DNA of 59,049 bases, counting the filler, from Thelocarpon superellum (Eukaryota), in the NCBI GenBank assembly GCA_026025795.1. It is 2 parts of 2 records of this genome, joined end to end, with 100 filler letters (N's around TTAATTAATTAA, not from the genome) between each part and the next. Parts side by side here need not be neighbours in the genome. Positions count along the whole stretch, not along the records: positions 29,583 to 59,049 come from JAPEUG010000220.1; 1 more part is not named here. One strand, 5' to 3'. The first letter of the stretch is position 1; each line of letters starts with the position of its first letter. The translations under genes were made by a program, and so were the position numbers. A model generated the notes under the pieces. It ran no database searches, was not told where the DNA came from, and saw only the letters and a list, made by a program, of their open reading frames with translations. Below, one piece after another: positions 36,175-47,807 of this stretch.

Positions 36175-36806
36175 GCATGTCACGGCGAAGCACGAGTGAT
36201 TGGATGATTGTCCCTGGATGCGGAAATGAGTCAAAAGCGGGGGTGCCAGGCTGCACGTGACAACTTGTAGCTACCAACGATGCATCTCTGCTCAAGTCCC
36301 GGTCCTAGTTACGTTTTCCGTCGCTACGGGATTCCAGTTGAGTTGGAATCCGACCTTTTGCACGCGGCTTCGTGGAGTCATTGGCTCAACTACCTAACGC
36401 CCTGGGCGCAAGCGAGAACAGAGACCTGAGACGCGGGACCTGAATCCAGCTGTGCTAGTCGCGTAAATGTCACGTTAGATGGCTAGCAACAAAGAGTCCC
36501 GGGACACCCAGCATCATCCGCTCATGCCTCCACCACACTACACAACAAGACCTATTCAAACGAGCCTGATTATCGACAAGCAACTGGTATCGTAGGGCGA
36601 GCTCACGGATCCAACGACGGTCTCCAACGACGAAGGTCATCTCTCACCACCCTCGTCTCGCCCATCACATTTTCCTGCCGGCGTGAGCTGCGTGTGAGCT
36701 CCCCATGAGCTCCCCATGAGCTCGACCATTCAACCTCGGCCGTGAGATCGAGCGCTCCCGCTCGGCCCATCCGTCTCAGCGGCGCTCATTGTCGAGCCAC
36801 GCCACC

Positions 36807-39800
36807 ATGTCGGGCTTCACCGTCCCCTTTTCGTCGAGCAACCCGCCGACGCCAGACGGGCCAGACGGACCAGACCCGTCCGCGGTCGAGCCGATCTTCG
36901 GCACCCCCAGCTCCGAATCACGCAACTTCTTTGGCACCCCCTCCACCAAGACCCAAAACCTCTTCGGCAGCCCAGGTACGAACCCTTCTACCACCCCGGC
37001 CGGACCTCCCCCACCCTCGTCCGCGCGCTCCTTCACTCCGCAAGGACCGCCACCTTCCTCTGCCTTCGGCAGCACACCCGCCGCCCCCCTTACATCCCTA
37101 GACCTGGGCAGGCAAATCTTCGGCTCGTCGTATCAATCTCGGCCTGGCTCGTCGGGGCTGGCGGAAACAGACACCGAGGCCTTTGCCGCCGCTGTCGCGG
37201 TCAGCAAGACGGCCGGCATCTTTCAAGCCGCCCCGCAGTCGGAGCGTCCCTTGTTCTCCAAGGGGCGGGGCCTGTTCCCGCCGAGTAGCCCCCCGCAGCC
37301 AAGTAAGGCAAGACATGCGACCTACGAGGATGAGGATTTGACGCAGGACGAAGCGGAGGAGGAAAGAAACGAGGATGAAATGGACGAGGACCGTGGCGGA
37401 GAAGCTGATGGAGAAGAAGAGGATGAAGAGGAAGAGGAAGACGAAGACGAAGAGGAAGACGGGGAATATGATACCGAAGAAGAAGAAGAGGAGGAGGAGG
37501 AGGCGGAGGCGGAAGAAGAGGATGATGACGATGACGACGACGACGGAGAGGCTGACGACCAAGCGCACAAACACAAGGATCCCTTTCAACGGCTAGCTGC
37601 CGAATTCGATGCTCCGAACCCAGTGTCGGAAATGCGCATGCAGTCATCCGTGCTTGGTGGCCCACGACCATCAACCTCCATCTCTCAAGAAGAGTCGGCG
37701 ATTCCTGGTATCGCGCGAGACCTGGCCTCCCGCATGGGCCCGGCAAAATTGAGCGAGCCCGATCGCGTGATCCTCGGTACGGAGTCGCTCATAACGCACC
37801 TCTTTCACCATTATCTAGAGCTGCAACAAGCAGGAATGCCCGTCTCCGGCGCCTTTCCGTCCCTCATCGAGCAGCTGGTGAGGCTTTGGCAGTCATCGCA
37901 GGATGATAGAACAGACCATGCCGATAACGCAGGCAATGTCACCGGCGTCGGTCCGCCGGAGAAAGCACCTGCCCTAGTCAAGGCCACGTTTCTGACATGT
38001 CTTCTGCTACCGCTACATCATCCGCCGACCCTCAAAGCCTCCAACACCTTCTCACAGCAACGTGCGAATCGTTCGTTGGGCTTCTCGCAGTCCTTCAATG
38101 CCAGAGCCGGGGGCCGGCCGCTTCCCTTCCCCAAGGTCCTCCTCGACTGGCTCAACACGCATCACAACCCATATTTATCAGCTCTGGCCGATCTAGAGAC
38201 ATATCAGCCGAATCCCACCAAACATACCAGCTTCTGGGACCTCATCTTGTCCTCCATACTTCGCGGTCAGCTGGACGAGGTCATCCGCATTCTCAAAGGT
38301 GCCGATTTTCGCCATGCTACCCCCTCCCTAGAGGATCTTCCCAAGATGTCGAACGGCGGACGGTCACAACCGCTCCGGACCTACTCCGACGTGCAACTGG
38401 GTAACATCCGACGGGTCGTCAATCGAGCCATTCAAGTGCTGGAGCAATCGCCCGCCGTCGCCGTGGGGGACTGGGATATCCGCGGGAACGACTGGACCAT
38501 CTTCCGCCTGCGAGTGGCCCAAGCCATTGAAGATCTCGTCGTATTCGCCGAGGGCGCCGATCGCGATGCCGAGCAAAGCTCCGCCCCCTTTGCCGCCGAG
38601 CATTTCGGCCTCCACAGCACCCAGAGCAATCCATTCTCCATGACAGAGGCTTCGCGAAAGGCCGAAAGCAAGATCCCGTGGTCCATCTACCAGAATCTCA
38701 AGGCCATATATGGCATGCTCATGGGCGGCGCCACCGAAATCTTGTCTTTTGCCCAAGACTGGGCCGAGGCAACGGTTGGCTTAACCGCCTGGTGGGACGG
38801 CCAGCAAGGCCCTGCCGAGCGCGGCCGCATCGCCGATCCATCGGGGCGCATGACCGGAGAGGAGATCGAGCAGGTTTACCGGCAGCGACTGGCCTGGTCC
38901 TTCCGCCGTGCCACGGAGGATCCGGACGAAAGTTTTTCGCAAGTTAATACGACCAACCTGGTCGAGGTCGGCCTCGCCTCCATCTTCCAAGGGAATGTCG
39001 CCGGCGTGGTGGCTCTCCTCCGCTCCTGGTCGTTGCTCGAAGCCTCTGCGGTGGCGGAGGTTGCGACGTTAGGGCAGTGGTATGAATCCACTCCCCACAA
39101 AGAGCGCATGGCGCTCTTTAATCAGAGCGATTTGATGGTCCTCAGCTACGGGCAGTCGAAGACGGACGAGCTGAGTCGCGAGAGCATCTTGATAGAGTAC
39201 GCTGAAGCATTGTTCGACCGGGGGAGACTGGAGCCCGCGACGGATCCCCCGGATTCCTTCATGCCTACACCCGCGGCAGATGACCGGCCACGGGAGGGGT
39301 GGGAACTCGGCGTACAGATCCTGGGCCGGGTGGATGAGGTCGACAAGGTCAACGAGCGCTTGCAACAGCTGCTCGATCGTCTTCCCCTGGACTCGAGCGA
39401 GCGGGTTGATAAGCTGCTGAGAGTCTGTGTCGATGTGGACTTGAGCGCACAGGCGCGCAAGATCGCCGAGGTATGGATCGAGCCGCGGCGTGAGGAATAT
39501 GACGCTGATGATGGTAGAAATATGCCGACTCCTTGGCCGAAGGATCATACAACTACGGCGAGGCCTTGCTATACTACGCGCGCGCGCACCACCGCTCAAA
39601 ATTGAAGAACGTACTCGACCTCCTGATCTCGTTCTGTCTCGTGCAGTCCGTGGCGTACCCGACCACGGCGGAGCTCGACCCCTTCCTCAAGCTCCTCGTG
39701 TCCTCGCCCAAGCAGACGCTCATCGACCTATCGCATGTGGATCTGGAAGCGGCGCAACTGCTGCAGTCGCTGCTCAGCGGCTACGCCACCCTCCGGCGCT

Positions 39801-40493
39801 ACTACGAAATCCGCGACCAAGGCGTCCTGTCCTCGACCGGCGAGAAGGTGTCGGTGCATGATCATGCTCGGCGAAAACAAGCGCTTGCTGCCCTGGTCGC
39901 CATCATCGACAGTGCTGCGGATAACATCAACGGCGGGCTGTACGATGAAGATCGAGGAGCAGTCGTGAGCGTCGATGGTCTCCTGGCTCTGTTGGGCGAG
40001 GCCATGGTCTTCGTTGACCGTACGCAAGCCGCCTGGGCCGTCTCCCTCGCCGACGCTGACGTGTCTTCTAGAATCTACCCGCCTTGTCAGCCTCGCTCAA
40101 ATCTTCTCGCTCACCAAAGCGATTGAAGACCTCCAGACGGTCTCGCCACGGGTGTTTGCGCAATGCGCCGAGCTCTTTACCTCGACGATCGCGTCGGCGC
40201 ATGGATCACACGTGTCGTCGCCACGCGCGACCCTCAAGAAGACCATGTCATCCCTGACCGGCTCCAGTGGCTTCTCCATGCTTGGCAGCTCGCTGTTCGT
40301 CGCCGATGCCCCGGGATCCATAGGCAGCAGCGGGGTGCTAGTAAAAGGAGACGTCAAACGTGGGTGGGATTGGCGTACTGGCCTGCCCAAGAACACCTCG
40401 GCGAACGAGGTCCTGCGAGTGCTCCGTTTGGGACTTGCTCGGGATCTTGCCCGAGCATGGCTGGATGAGCCTGACTCGGACCCCTTTCCTTGA
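36807..40493 (+). CDS. NUP85: Nucleoporin Nup85; exons 36807-39470, 39518-40019 and 40072-40493
   Basis: LLDWLN..H, FWDLILSSILRG, WTIFR, DWAEATVGLTAWWDG, YGEALLYYARAH, LLSGYATLRRYY, VKRGWDWR resemble fungal Nup85; the introns are canonical and restore the frame. Confidence 0.85.
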
Positions 40494-43400
40494 TCGTTTA
40501 CGGAGTCACCCAACTCTGGGGTCCGCCCATGGCGTACGGTACATGACGAACGCCCCAAGGCACCGGAAGTCATATGCGTGAGGTGCTTCAGCGATACGAC
40601 ATCCGGCATCGGTCCGGAGTTGGTACACTCTTCGCGCGCTTCACTCTCCGTCGTGCGGGAGGATGTTGAGTACAGGACAGTCGATTCAAGACTCCCCTTT
40701 TGCTACCTCAAGCGATTCATTGTACTCTACCACTCCCGTCATCCCCAACTCCTCGACTCCATTCCTCTGTCCCCAACTCGATCATCCTGAGCTAGAAGGG
40801 GCTCCACGTATCCTCTCGCGTAAGGCTCACTCGGCGCAAGCCGTGCAAAAGGCCCGGGTGCCTGCTGATGAGCGCCCGAAGCCAGTGCGCGGTTTGCGCG
40901 GGCCTACGGACGAACAAGGCGGGCGTCAGGCCATCCCTCCGCCGTTTTCAGCGTCGGACGCTCCGATGTTCAAGTGCCGCACTCGACCGTCTAGGATTCT
41001 AGGGGCCTAGGAGCCTGGGAGCCTAGGGGCCAAGCGAGATGGGCACGAGAGGAAGGTGCACGGATCGGCGTGAACGTCTGTCACCGCTGCTCAGAAGGCC
41101 TTTGAGGTGCAGCGTCAGGAGTGTCGGCGGTGTCGAAGCGGTCAGTCGCGTCTCTACTCGTGCCGGCGCTCAAGCGAGCAGGGTAGGCGAGTCGCTCGTC
41201 CCATGCGCGCGCTGGAGGGGAAGTCTCCGGCGGTCTTCACTTTCACCTGACCGACAACTGCTGAGCCACGCACGGGCCATGAAAATACTCTCACCCTGTC
41301 GCAATATCGATACTGCCGTCGTCGGCGTCGGCGGACGGAGATACCCAGTGGAAGGTAGCTGCAAAGACAAATAGCTCAGCCGCGACGTGCCTGCCTGAGC
41401 AGAGTACTTGGGTGGGGGTAGTGACGGACCTCGCCGACACAGCTGCGGAGCCTATCAGACCGGGGGCGTATTCATCCTCAAGCTAAGATGGACGGACAAA
41501 CATGTCCGTGTCGCCGGCCTGATTGGCTGCGCACAGCGTGAGAGGATCCTGCCGGAGCGAAGTATATCGGATCGCGCGGAGTAGGTCCGAGGAACTCCTG
41601 CGGTATCCGACTTCTCGTACGAGTCGTGCATCGCCCGTAGGAAACTGGTTCCAAGCACGAGTACTCGCGCGGGCACGGGTAGCGGATTGCGCAGCCTTAT
41701 CGATGTGCCGGCTCGGCTGCGCCTGAACCGGGCCCGCCAATCACGCCGTGGGGTCCGGAAATTGCACGGCTTTGTAAAGGAACGAGTAATTGTGCGGCTA
41801 CCATCCATCCGTGCTCCGTCCGTCCTCTTCCCTCTCGGTGCGCATGTGAAAATGCATGACCGAGGTCAGGATGCACGATACTTCCGCGATGTCCGAAATC
41901 ATCGCAACATGTTTGGCGTGATTACTTGCTCCTGTTTGCGGGAGGGGCTTCGTTTCTTACGTTTCCGCGTACCTGGACCGCACCACCGATCGCACCAGCT
42001 CTGTAGCGCGAATCCCCTTCGGCGCTCCCCGACACCTGATCCGTCTAGTTACTGGGCGGATAGCCACCAGGCCCTCCAGGCAGCCAGGCAGCTGCGATAC
42101 CTCCAGCACCTGCATCAGACGCTGCCTCCAAAGCCTCCTTCCCCCCCTCATCTATTTTGGGTCCGCGGGGTCGGAAACTCCTTGGATCTCCCGAATTTAC
42201 CGTGCGTCATCTTGGCGCAGGGTTCTAGTTGGATTGGCGAGGCCAATGGGCTGTACGAGCATTGGTCGATGACTCCTCCACCTGCTTCCCGCGGAGGTCA
42301 AGATGAGGTCTCGTGATCACTTGCTTGGGACGATTCTCCTGCAAGCACGATCTAGATTCCTCTGGACACGGGCTGCGATCGTGCTGATTGAGCGTGAGAG
42401 CCGCATGGGCCTGATCCAGACGTGAGTCATGAAACCGATGTCTGCGATTCGTGGATCGGTGGATGGTAGCCGCGGTCGACTATCGTCATCCGCCATGACA
42501 TCAAGCCACTCGTGGGGGACCGGGGTGTTGGATGTTGGGGTCCGTTGCCAGTTGGGGTGTGCAGCAGCGGCGGGGTCTGCAAGAATAGGACGGCGCCTCT
42601 GCCACCTCCACACCCATCCCATCTCGACAGATATGATACGTGCAGGTAGGTACAGGGGCTAAATCTGCCGGGCTGCAATCCCTGCAGGGATTGCAGGGAT
42701 TGCAGATCTACGGAGAAGCCGTTGCGCTGACGTCGCGCGCGCGCGAGGGCTCGCATCATCCACAATGGACTGACCGGACCCGCTCTCAGGGCACCAGCAC
42801 CGCCTAAGTCCGATGGAGGCCGAAGGATCGTCGAGTTGAGCTGTCGGAAGAAGGGCAGCATGGTTCCTATTGTGACCGCAACAATGGCCGAAACACACGT
42901 GGCCGCGGTATGATGGGGAGGGCATGACGCGGGCCATGCACCGACTGGGAACATCTCACCCCTGTCCTACCGTCACCGACTCTCTCTGATTTGGTAATTG
43001 TTCGATGGATTACTCATGGTGTTGCTGGCAGGTGGAGCCAGTGATTTGGAGCATCTGTTTCTTTAGTCTCGCACAAATGACGGGGGGGTTGCGCCAGGTG
43101 GGCCGTAGCTGCCGAGGCTGCGCCATGGCGCCATGGCCTGGCTTAGCCGAGAAACGCCGTCACGGGCAAGGCAAGCAAGGGTCCGGTACTTTGTTTCTGG
43201 GCACCGATCCCCGCCGACGCCTGGATGCCCACCGCCTTGGCACCTGGGACAGGAGGGAGCACCTGGACTTGGACGAACACGCGTAATCCTAGCTTGGGCC
43301 ATCCCGCAGCCGCAGGTGCAGTGACGGACGACTCTCGCGTCCGCCTCGTCCGGCGCCTGGTCGCCCGGTCGCCCTGCCACTGCCGCGGTGGAAGCGGCGG

Positions 43401-44504
43401 GTGCAAAAGCCCATGCCGAGCCGACCTGGCGAGGCAAGCGTAGCACCACCGACGGACCTTTATTGTTGCGTCTCACGCGTTCTCAGATCAGCGGTCCCGC
43501 GTAGCCGAGGCCAAGGACGGGCCTTGGTCGACGAGCCATCCGCGTAGCTGTCCCTGCCGTCAATTGCGCGTGGCTGAGCCATTCAGGAGTCTCCACTTTA
43601 CGTTCAAGACCCGCCGTTCGGGCGTACGCGTACGAGTAGGTCAATCGCAGTTCGGACAGTCCCAACTTACTGCCAACTTACTGGCTCTGGCGTGCTCTGG
43701 CGCGTGCTGTGAGTGGTGCATGGGTCGCCGGCTGGCTGTTGCACATTGGCGGTACGCTCTTTCCAATCACCCTCGCCCTGTCCTTCGCATGTACTCTTAC
43801 GTCGATAGGCGGATGATCCGGGAGAGCTGGGGGGGGACCTGGCCGGCTCATGCATGACGATCGTTCCGTCTCCTCGATCTCGGGCAGGCCGAACCCAGGC
43901 CGATGGGTTTGGGCGTCTCGGTGCGTCGTTGGCGCATGAATCCACGCGCGCACACGAGGGTGCACAGGCGCGAACGGGCGTCTTTGGTGGTTTGGTGACT
44001 CTTGACGCCTTCGTACCCCGTGCGGCCGCTGCCGAGACCCTTGCGAAGCTGAAGCCTCACCATCTAATCCGCGTCGTGGAGGTGCATATGCGCGCATACG
44101 CTGCACCACGCACAACAAGCGCTGCGGCCGGGCTGAGGCTATCAGGATGGGTCGTGGCGAACGGGAGGTGAGGATCGTGGTCTCGATCCATTCTTGCGGG
44201 TAAGGGGGTGGGGGAGGGGGGAGCTGGAAGGCTTGTGGGTGAGGCCGCAACTGGTCTATCATGTGTGTGGGCAGATGACGCTTTGTGAGTCTTGAACCAT
44301 GGTTGGTGCCTGATGCAACAGCCACGCCCACCTCCTTCTGCCTCCCGCCGTGGACCTCCCACATCCCACTTCTGCCTCCACCCACCCCGGGGACCCCCCT
44401 GTCCTGCCCTACCACCATGCCCCACTACCACGGCGCATGGCGGGGCTAGTTCCGGTGTGTGATCTACCTAGCTAGCCCCGCTGCAGAGTAGGGTGTAGGC
44501 TGCG

Positions 44505-44550
44505 ATGAGCCATGAGCCATGAGCCATGAGCCATGAGCCATGAGCCATGA
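44505..44550. repeat. (ATGAGCC)6.5 perfect tandem repeat just upstream of a TATA-like box (TATAA 44568-44572)
   Basis: Read directly. Confidence 0.92.
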
Positions 44551-44831
44551 CAATGCAGTCATGTTGGTATAAGAAAGTGTAGGCGTCCGCTCATCTTTCC
44601 AGTCCTTCCGTCCTCAGCGTCATCATTAATTTCATCCCCGTCTCCGTCTGTCCACATGCTAGAGTCATTTCCTCACGTCTTCCTCCCACCTGCTCGCATC
44701 CTTTCTCATCCTACCTCACGCGATCACCCACCACGCGCGGACGTGCGACCCCCGCGTCCGCCTCTCCCCACACTTGATCCTCCATCGACGCGCCTGCAGC
44801 GTCTTCCGCGCGCTTGACGGCGGCCGGCACG

Positions 44832-45095
44832 ATGTGCATCCAAGTGGTGGAACGGTACTCGGTGTGCCGGTGTCTCTACTACCGGCACTCGATCGATCCA
44901 TGCCAGGCGTATGGACAACGAGGCCACCGGATCGAGGAGAAGACGGTGCTGGTGGGATATGCCTGTTCGGATCATACGTCGCGCCGAGCGGTCGAGAGTC
45001 AGGGTCAGTCGATACTAGGGCGCAGCTCACACCCCGATTCGGGCTATTCGAGTGCGAGTGCGAATTACGAGTACAGCTCATCATACCGGCGGTGA
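44832..45095 (+). CDS. Small 87-aa Cys/His-rich protein of unknown function
   Basis: MCIQVVERYSVCRCLYYRHSIDPCQAYGQRGHRIEEKTVLVGYACSDH...; preceded by a TATA-like box and a pyrimidine-rich leader, with A at -3. The composition is protein-like, unlike neighbouring ORFs. Confidence 0.75.
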   Translation: MCIQVVERYSVCRCLYYRHSIDPCQAYGQRGHRIEEKTVLVGYACSDHTSRRAVESQGQSILGRSSHPDSGYSSASANYEYSSSYRR

Positions 45096-46971
45096 TGAGC
45101 CGGCACGAGGTCGCCGCGGTCGCCGAGGCCATCATCGGAGGCTCTCGTCGTCGCTCAGGTCCCTCCTTCCCCGCACCTCCGCTCCGACGGTTGGCACGAC
45201 CATGGCCACCATCTCACCCTCCTCTGCCCGAGAATACGGTACGCGCATGGAGGGCGGGGACATACAGCGAGGACGGGGCTCGTGGTGGGTCAAGATGACG
45301 CGATTTCTCAATCGACGGTGGAAGAGGATCTTGGGCAGAAACGAGGGGCGGGCGTGATGCCGGGGATCCGATGTCGATGAACCGCAACGCGAGAACGAAG
45401 CACATGACATGCTGGACGTGTCAATGCTCATGGCATCCTGATGGAAAGGGCTAGGATTCAGGGGACCGGGAAGGACATGATACATGGGAACGGAATATTG
45501 ATCTGCACAGGGACATGAGGGATATTGATGGGCAAGCGTCAGCATATGAGGAGTTTTTTTCTTTTCTTCTTCTCTTCTTCTTCTTGACCGTTTCTTCCGT
45601 CTCTTCATTGTGATTTCTTTGTGATTCTTTGCTCTTCTTTCTCCCTGATTTCTCCATGACTGTGAGCAAGCAAGCAAGCAAGCAAGCGATGTATTCAAAA
45701 ACGACACTCCGCTTCCGACTCACTCCTCCCTTCTCTCTTCTCGTGTCTACTGCCTCAAGACAAAGAAAGACATATATGTACCAGGAATCAATGACTGAAG
45801 AAGAGGAAAATGAAAGTACGTCTGCACCTATACCACACCTTATATAAATGTCGTAACGATGTCACTAGAGTGGTCACTATACCAAAGGACGCGGTAGAAT
45901 ACGGTGGAGCACGGGGGTTAAAGAAGTAGAATTGAGCAGTTAAGCAAGTGAGAGCGAGTCGAGTCTCGTCGTATCTATCTGTCTATCTAGATGATATTTT
46001 GTTAACGATGTGGTTGACAAGACGACGATATCTCATTCTTTCCTCCTCTCTTCAGCTCCATTCCATTCGATTCCCCCCTTTTCTGTTCCGCCAGTCTTCG
46101 TCTCCTTCTTCCTGATCTCCTTGAAAGCATAAGGGAAGAAATGCCGTGGTTTCGGCGCCGTGTGGGTGTTTGGGGGGGAGCAAGGTTGGGTTCGTCGCGT
46201 TGCTTGCTGCTTGCTCCTGCATTTCGCTCGTTGCTGATAGTTGCCGAAAAGATAAAGCGTTGGCTTGGTAGATGATGTGCTTTGTTTGTGTTGTTGTTGT
46301 TGTGGTCGAGTGCTCTGAGGATGGATCGACTCGAGTCGAGTCGAGGGGATGAAGTAAGTATCGAGGGTGAGAAGGAGGAGGAGAAAGAGTCGTGTTGGGT
46401 CGAGTATTGTCGCGGAAAGAGGTGGAGGGGGGAGGAGGGCGCGAGAGACGGAGACCAGCCCCGTCTCTTGTCCCTCTTTTTCCATCCGTCCATCCATCCC
46501 TTCCTTCCCGGTCTCCTTCCTTGCTTTCCTCTTCCCATCATCCAACCGTCCATCCATTCTTCAGCAGGCGATCGATCGATCGAACGACCGACCGACGTGA
46601 ATTGTCTCGACTTGACGACAAGACATCGAAATCGACAACATCGAAAACCGACAGCAACGTCGGACAGACGGAAGTACAGTATCAGCAACAACAGCAGATG
46701 ACATAATTGAACCAGCCGTAGTGAAATATCTTGGCCCCTCCTCTTCGCTCTCGTCACCTCTTCGAAAAATAGGAACAGAAATATAAACGTCATCAGGTGC
46801 TCGCGCCCTGGGGATTTTTGCCGTCGTGACGTGACGGAACAAACGAATGTGGACTGGAGCAAAGTGAACGGCGTGTGGAGAAGTGAATGAAGAAAGGAAG
46901 CGGGAGATGGTGGGGTTTGTCCCCGTCATCATCCGAGGAGGATGGTGGTCATCGACAGCTGATATGGTGCA

Positions 46972-47807
46972 TCATCTTCGAACATGAACACCTTGTCTTC
47001 TGGCCGCCGCGCGACAATTTTTCTCATCCTCGGATTCTGACGAAGAACAGGCCGAACTACCATCACTATACCCACATCGTTCCCCACCACAATCCAACTT
47101 GATTCGATCGCCCTTTCGCGTGATGCCGTATCGTTCGCATGTACACACCGGGGTCCCAGGCGTGCTGTAGTCCGAGAGCGAGGATGCGCTGGATGGCGAG
47201 CTGCTTCCGGAACGAGACGACATGCTGGAGCCCACGGAACTGGGAGGTGAACTGGACAGGTACTCGACCTCGTCGATCTTGGATGACGCGAACCGTTGCG
47301 CCAGCTCGTCCACCGTGGGATGCTTGTAGTCTGCGTCACACAGATGTTTCGTCTCGTAGGGCTTTTCGGGCTTGGGATGCTTGATTTTCGAGCTGGATAG
47401 TGGCCGTCCTTTATGCGGGAGCTCGACCGATCTTTGATGCTTGGATGACTGTTTCCCGCATGGCACGTCGAGGACGTTCAGGGTTCGACCGGTCGTCGGT
47501 TCTGTGGTGGACTCCTGCGCTGGATCATGGGATACGTGGTATCCGTCGATGATGTACTGCACTCACGTTAGCTCGGTCTCTCCCCCCCTCCGTCGAGCAT
47601 TTGATGTGTACTCACATAGTACCAGTAGCGCTGTCCCTGTTGTAGAGTCGACCCCTGAAATTTAAACGTCCCTTTCCAAGCGCCCTTCTTTCCAGAATCT
47701 CGTGATAGCGGAAGCTGTCCCACATAACTGTCCCATGAGCCGAGTAGATGAACCGTTTTTGCGTTCGAAGAGGTGCGAAGCGTAAAGGAGAGTTGGACGG
47801 AGGCCAT
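46972..47807 (-). CDS. esdC: EsdC-like early sexual development protein with an AMPK-beta/CBM48-like glycogen-binding domain; exons 47807-47616 and 47556-46972
   Basis: MASVQLSFTLRTSSNAKTVHLLGSWDSYVGQLPLS...QRYWYY|YIIDGYHVSHDP; C-terminal CTCERYGITRKGDRIKLDCGGERC. Confidence 0.88.

Noticed and set aside
41687..42316. 209-aa ORF between Nup85 and the microprotein
   Set aside because: Non-ATG start, no recognisable motif and no clear codon bias.
45450..46930. ORFs up to 286 aa between the microprotein and esdC
   Set aside because: Low-complexity, microsatellite-rich sequence typical of convergent 3' UTRs and terminators.
19031..47807. devR and esdC as a developmental gene cluster
   Set aside because: They lie on opposite sides of the artificial join, so linkage is unknown.
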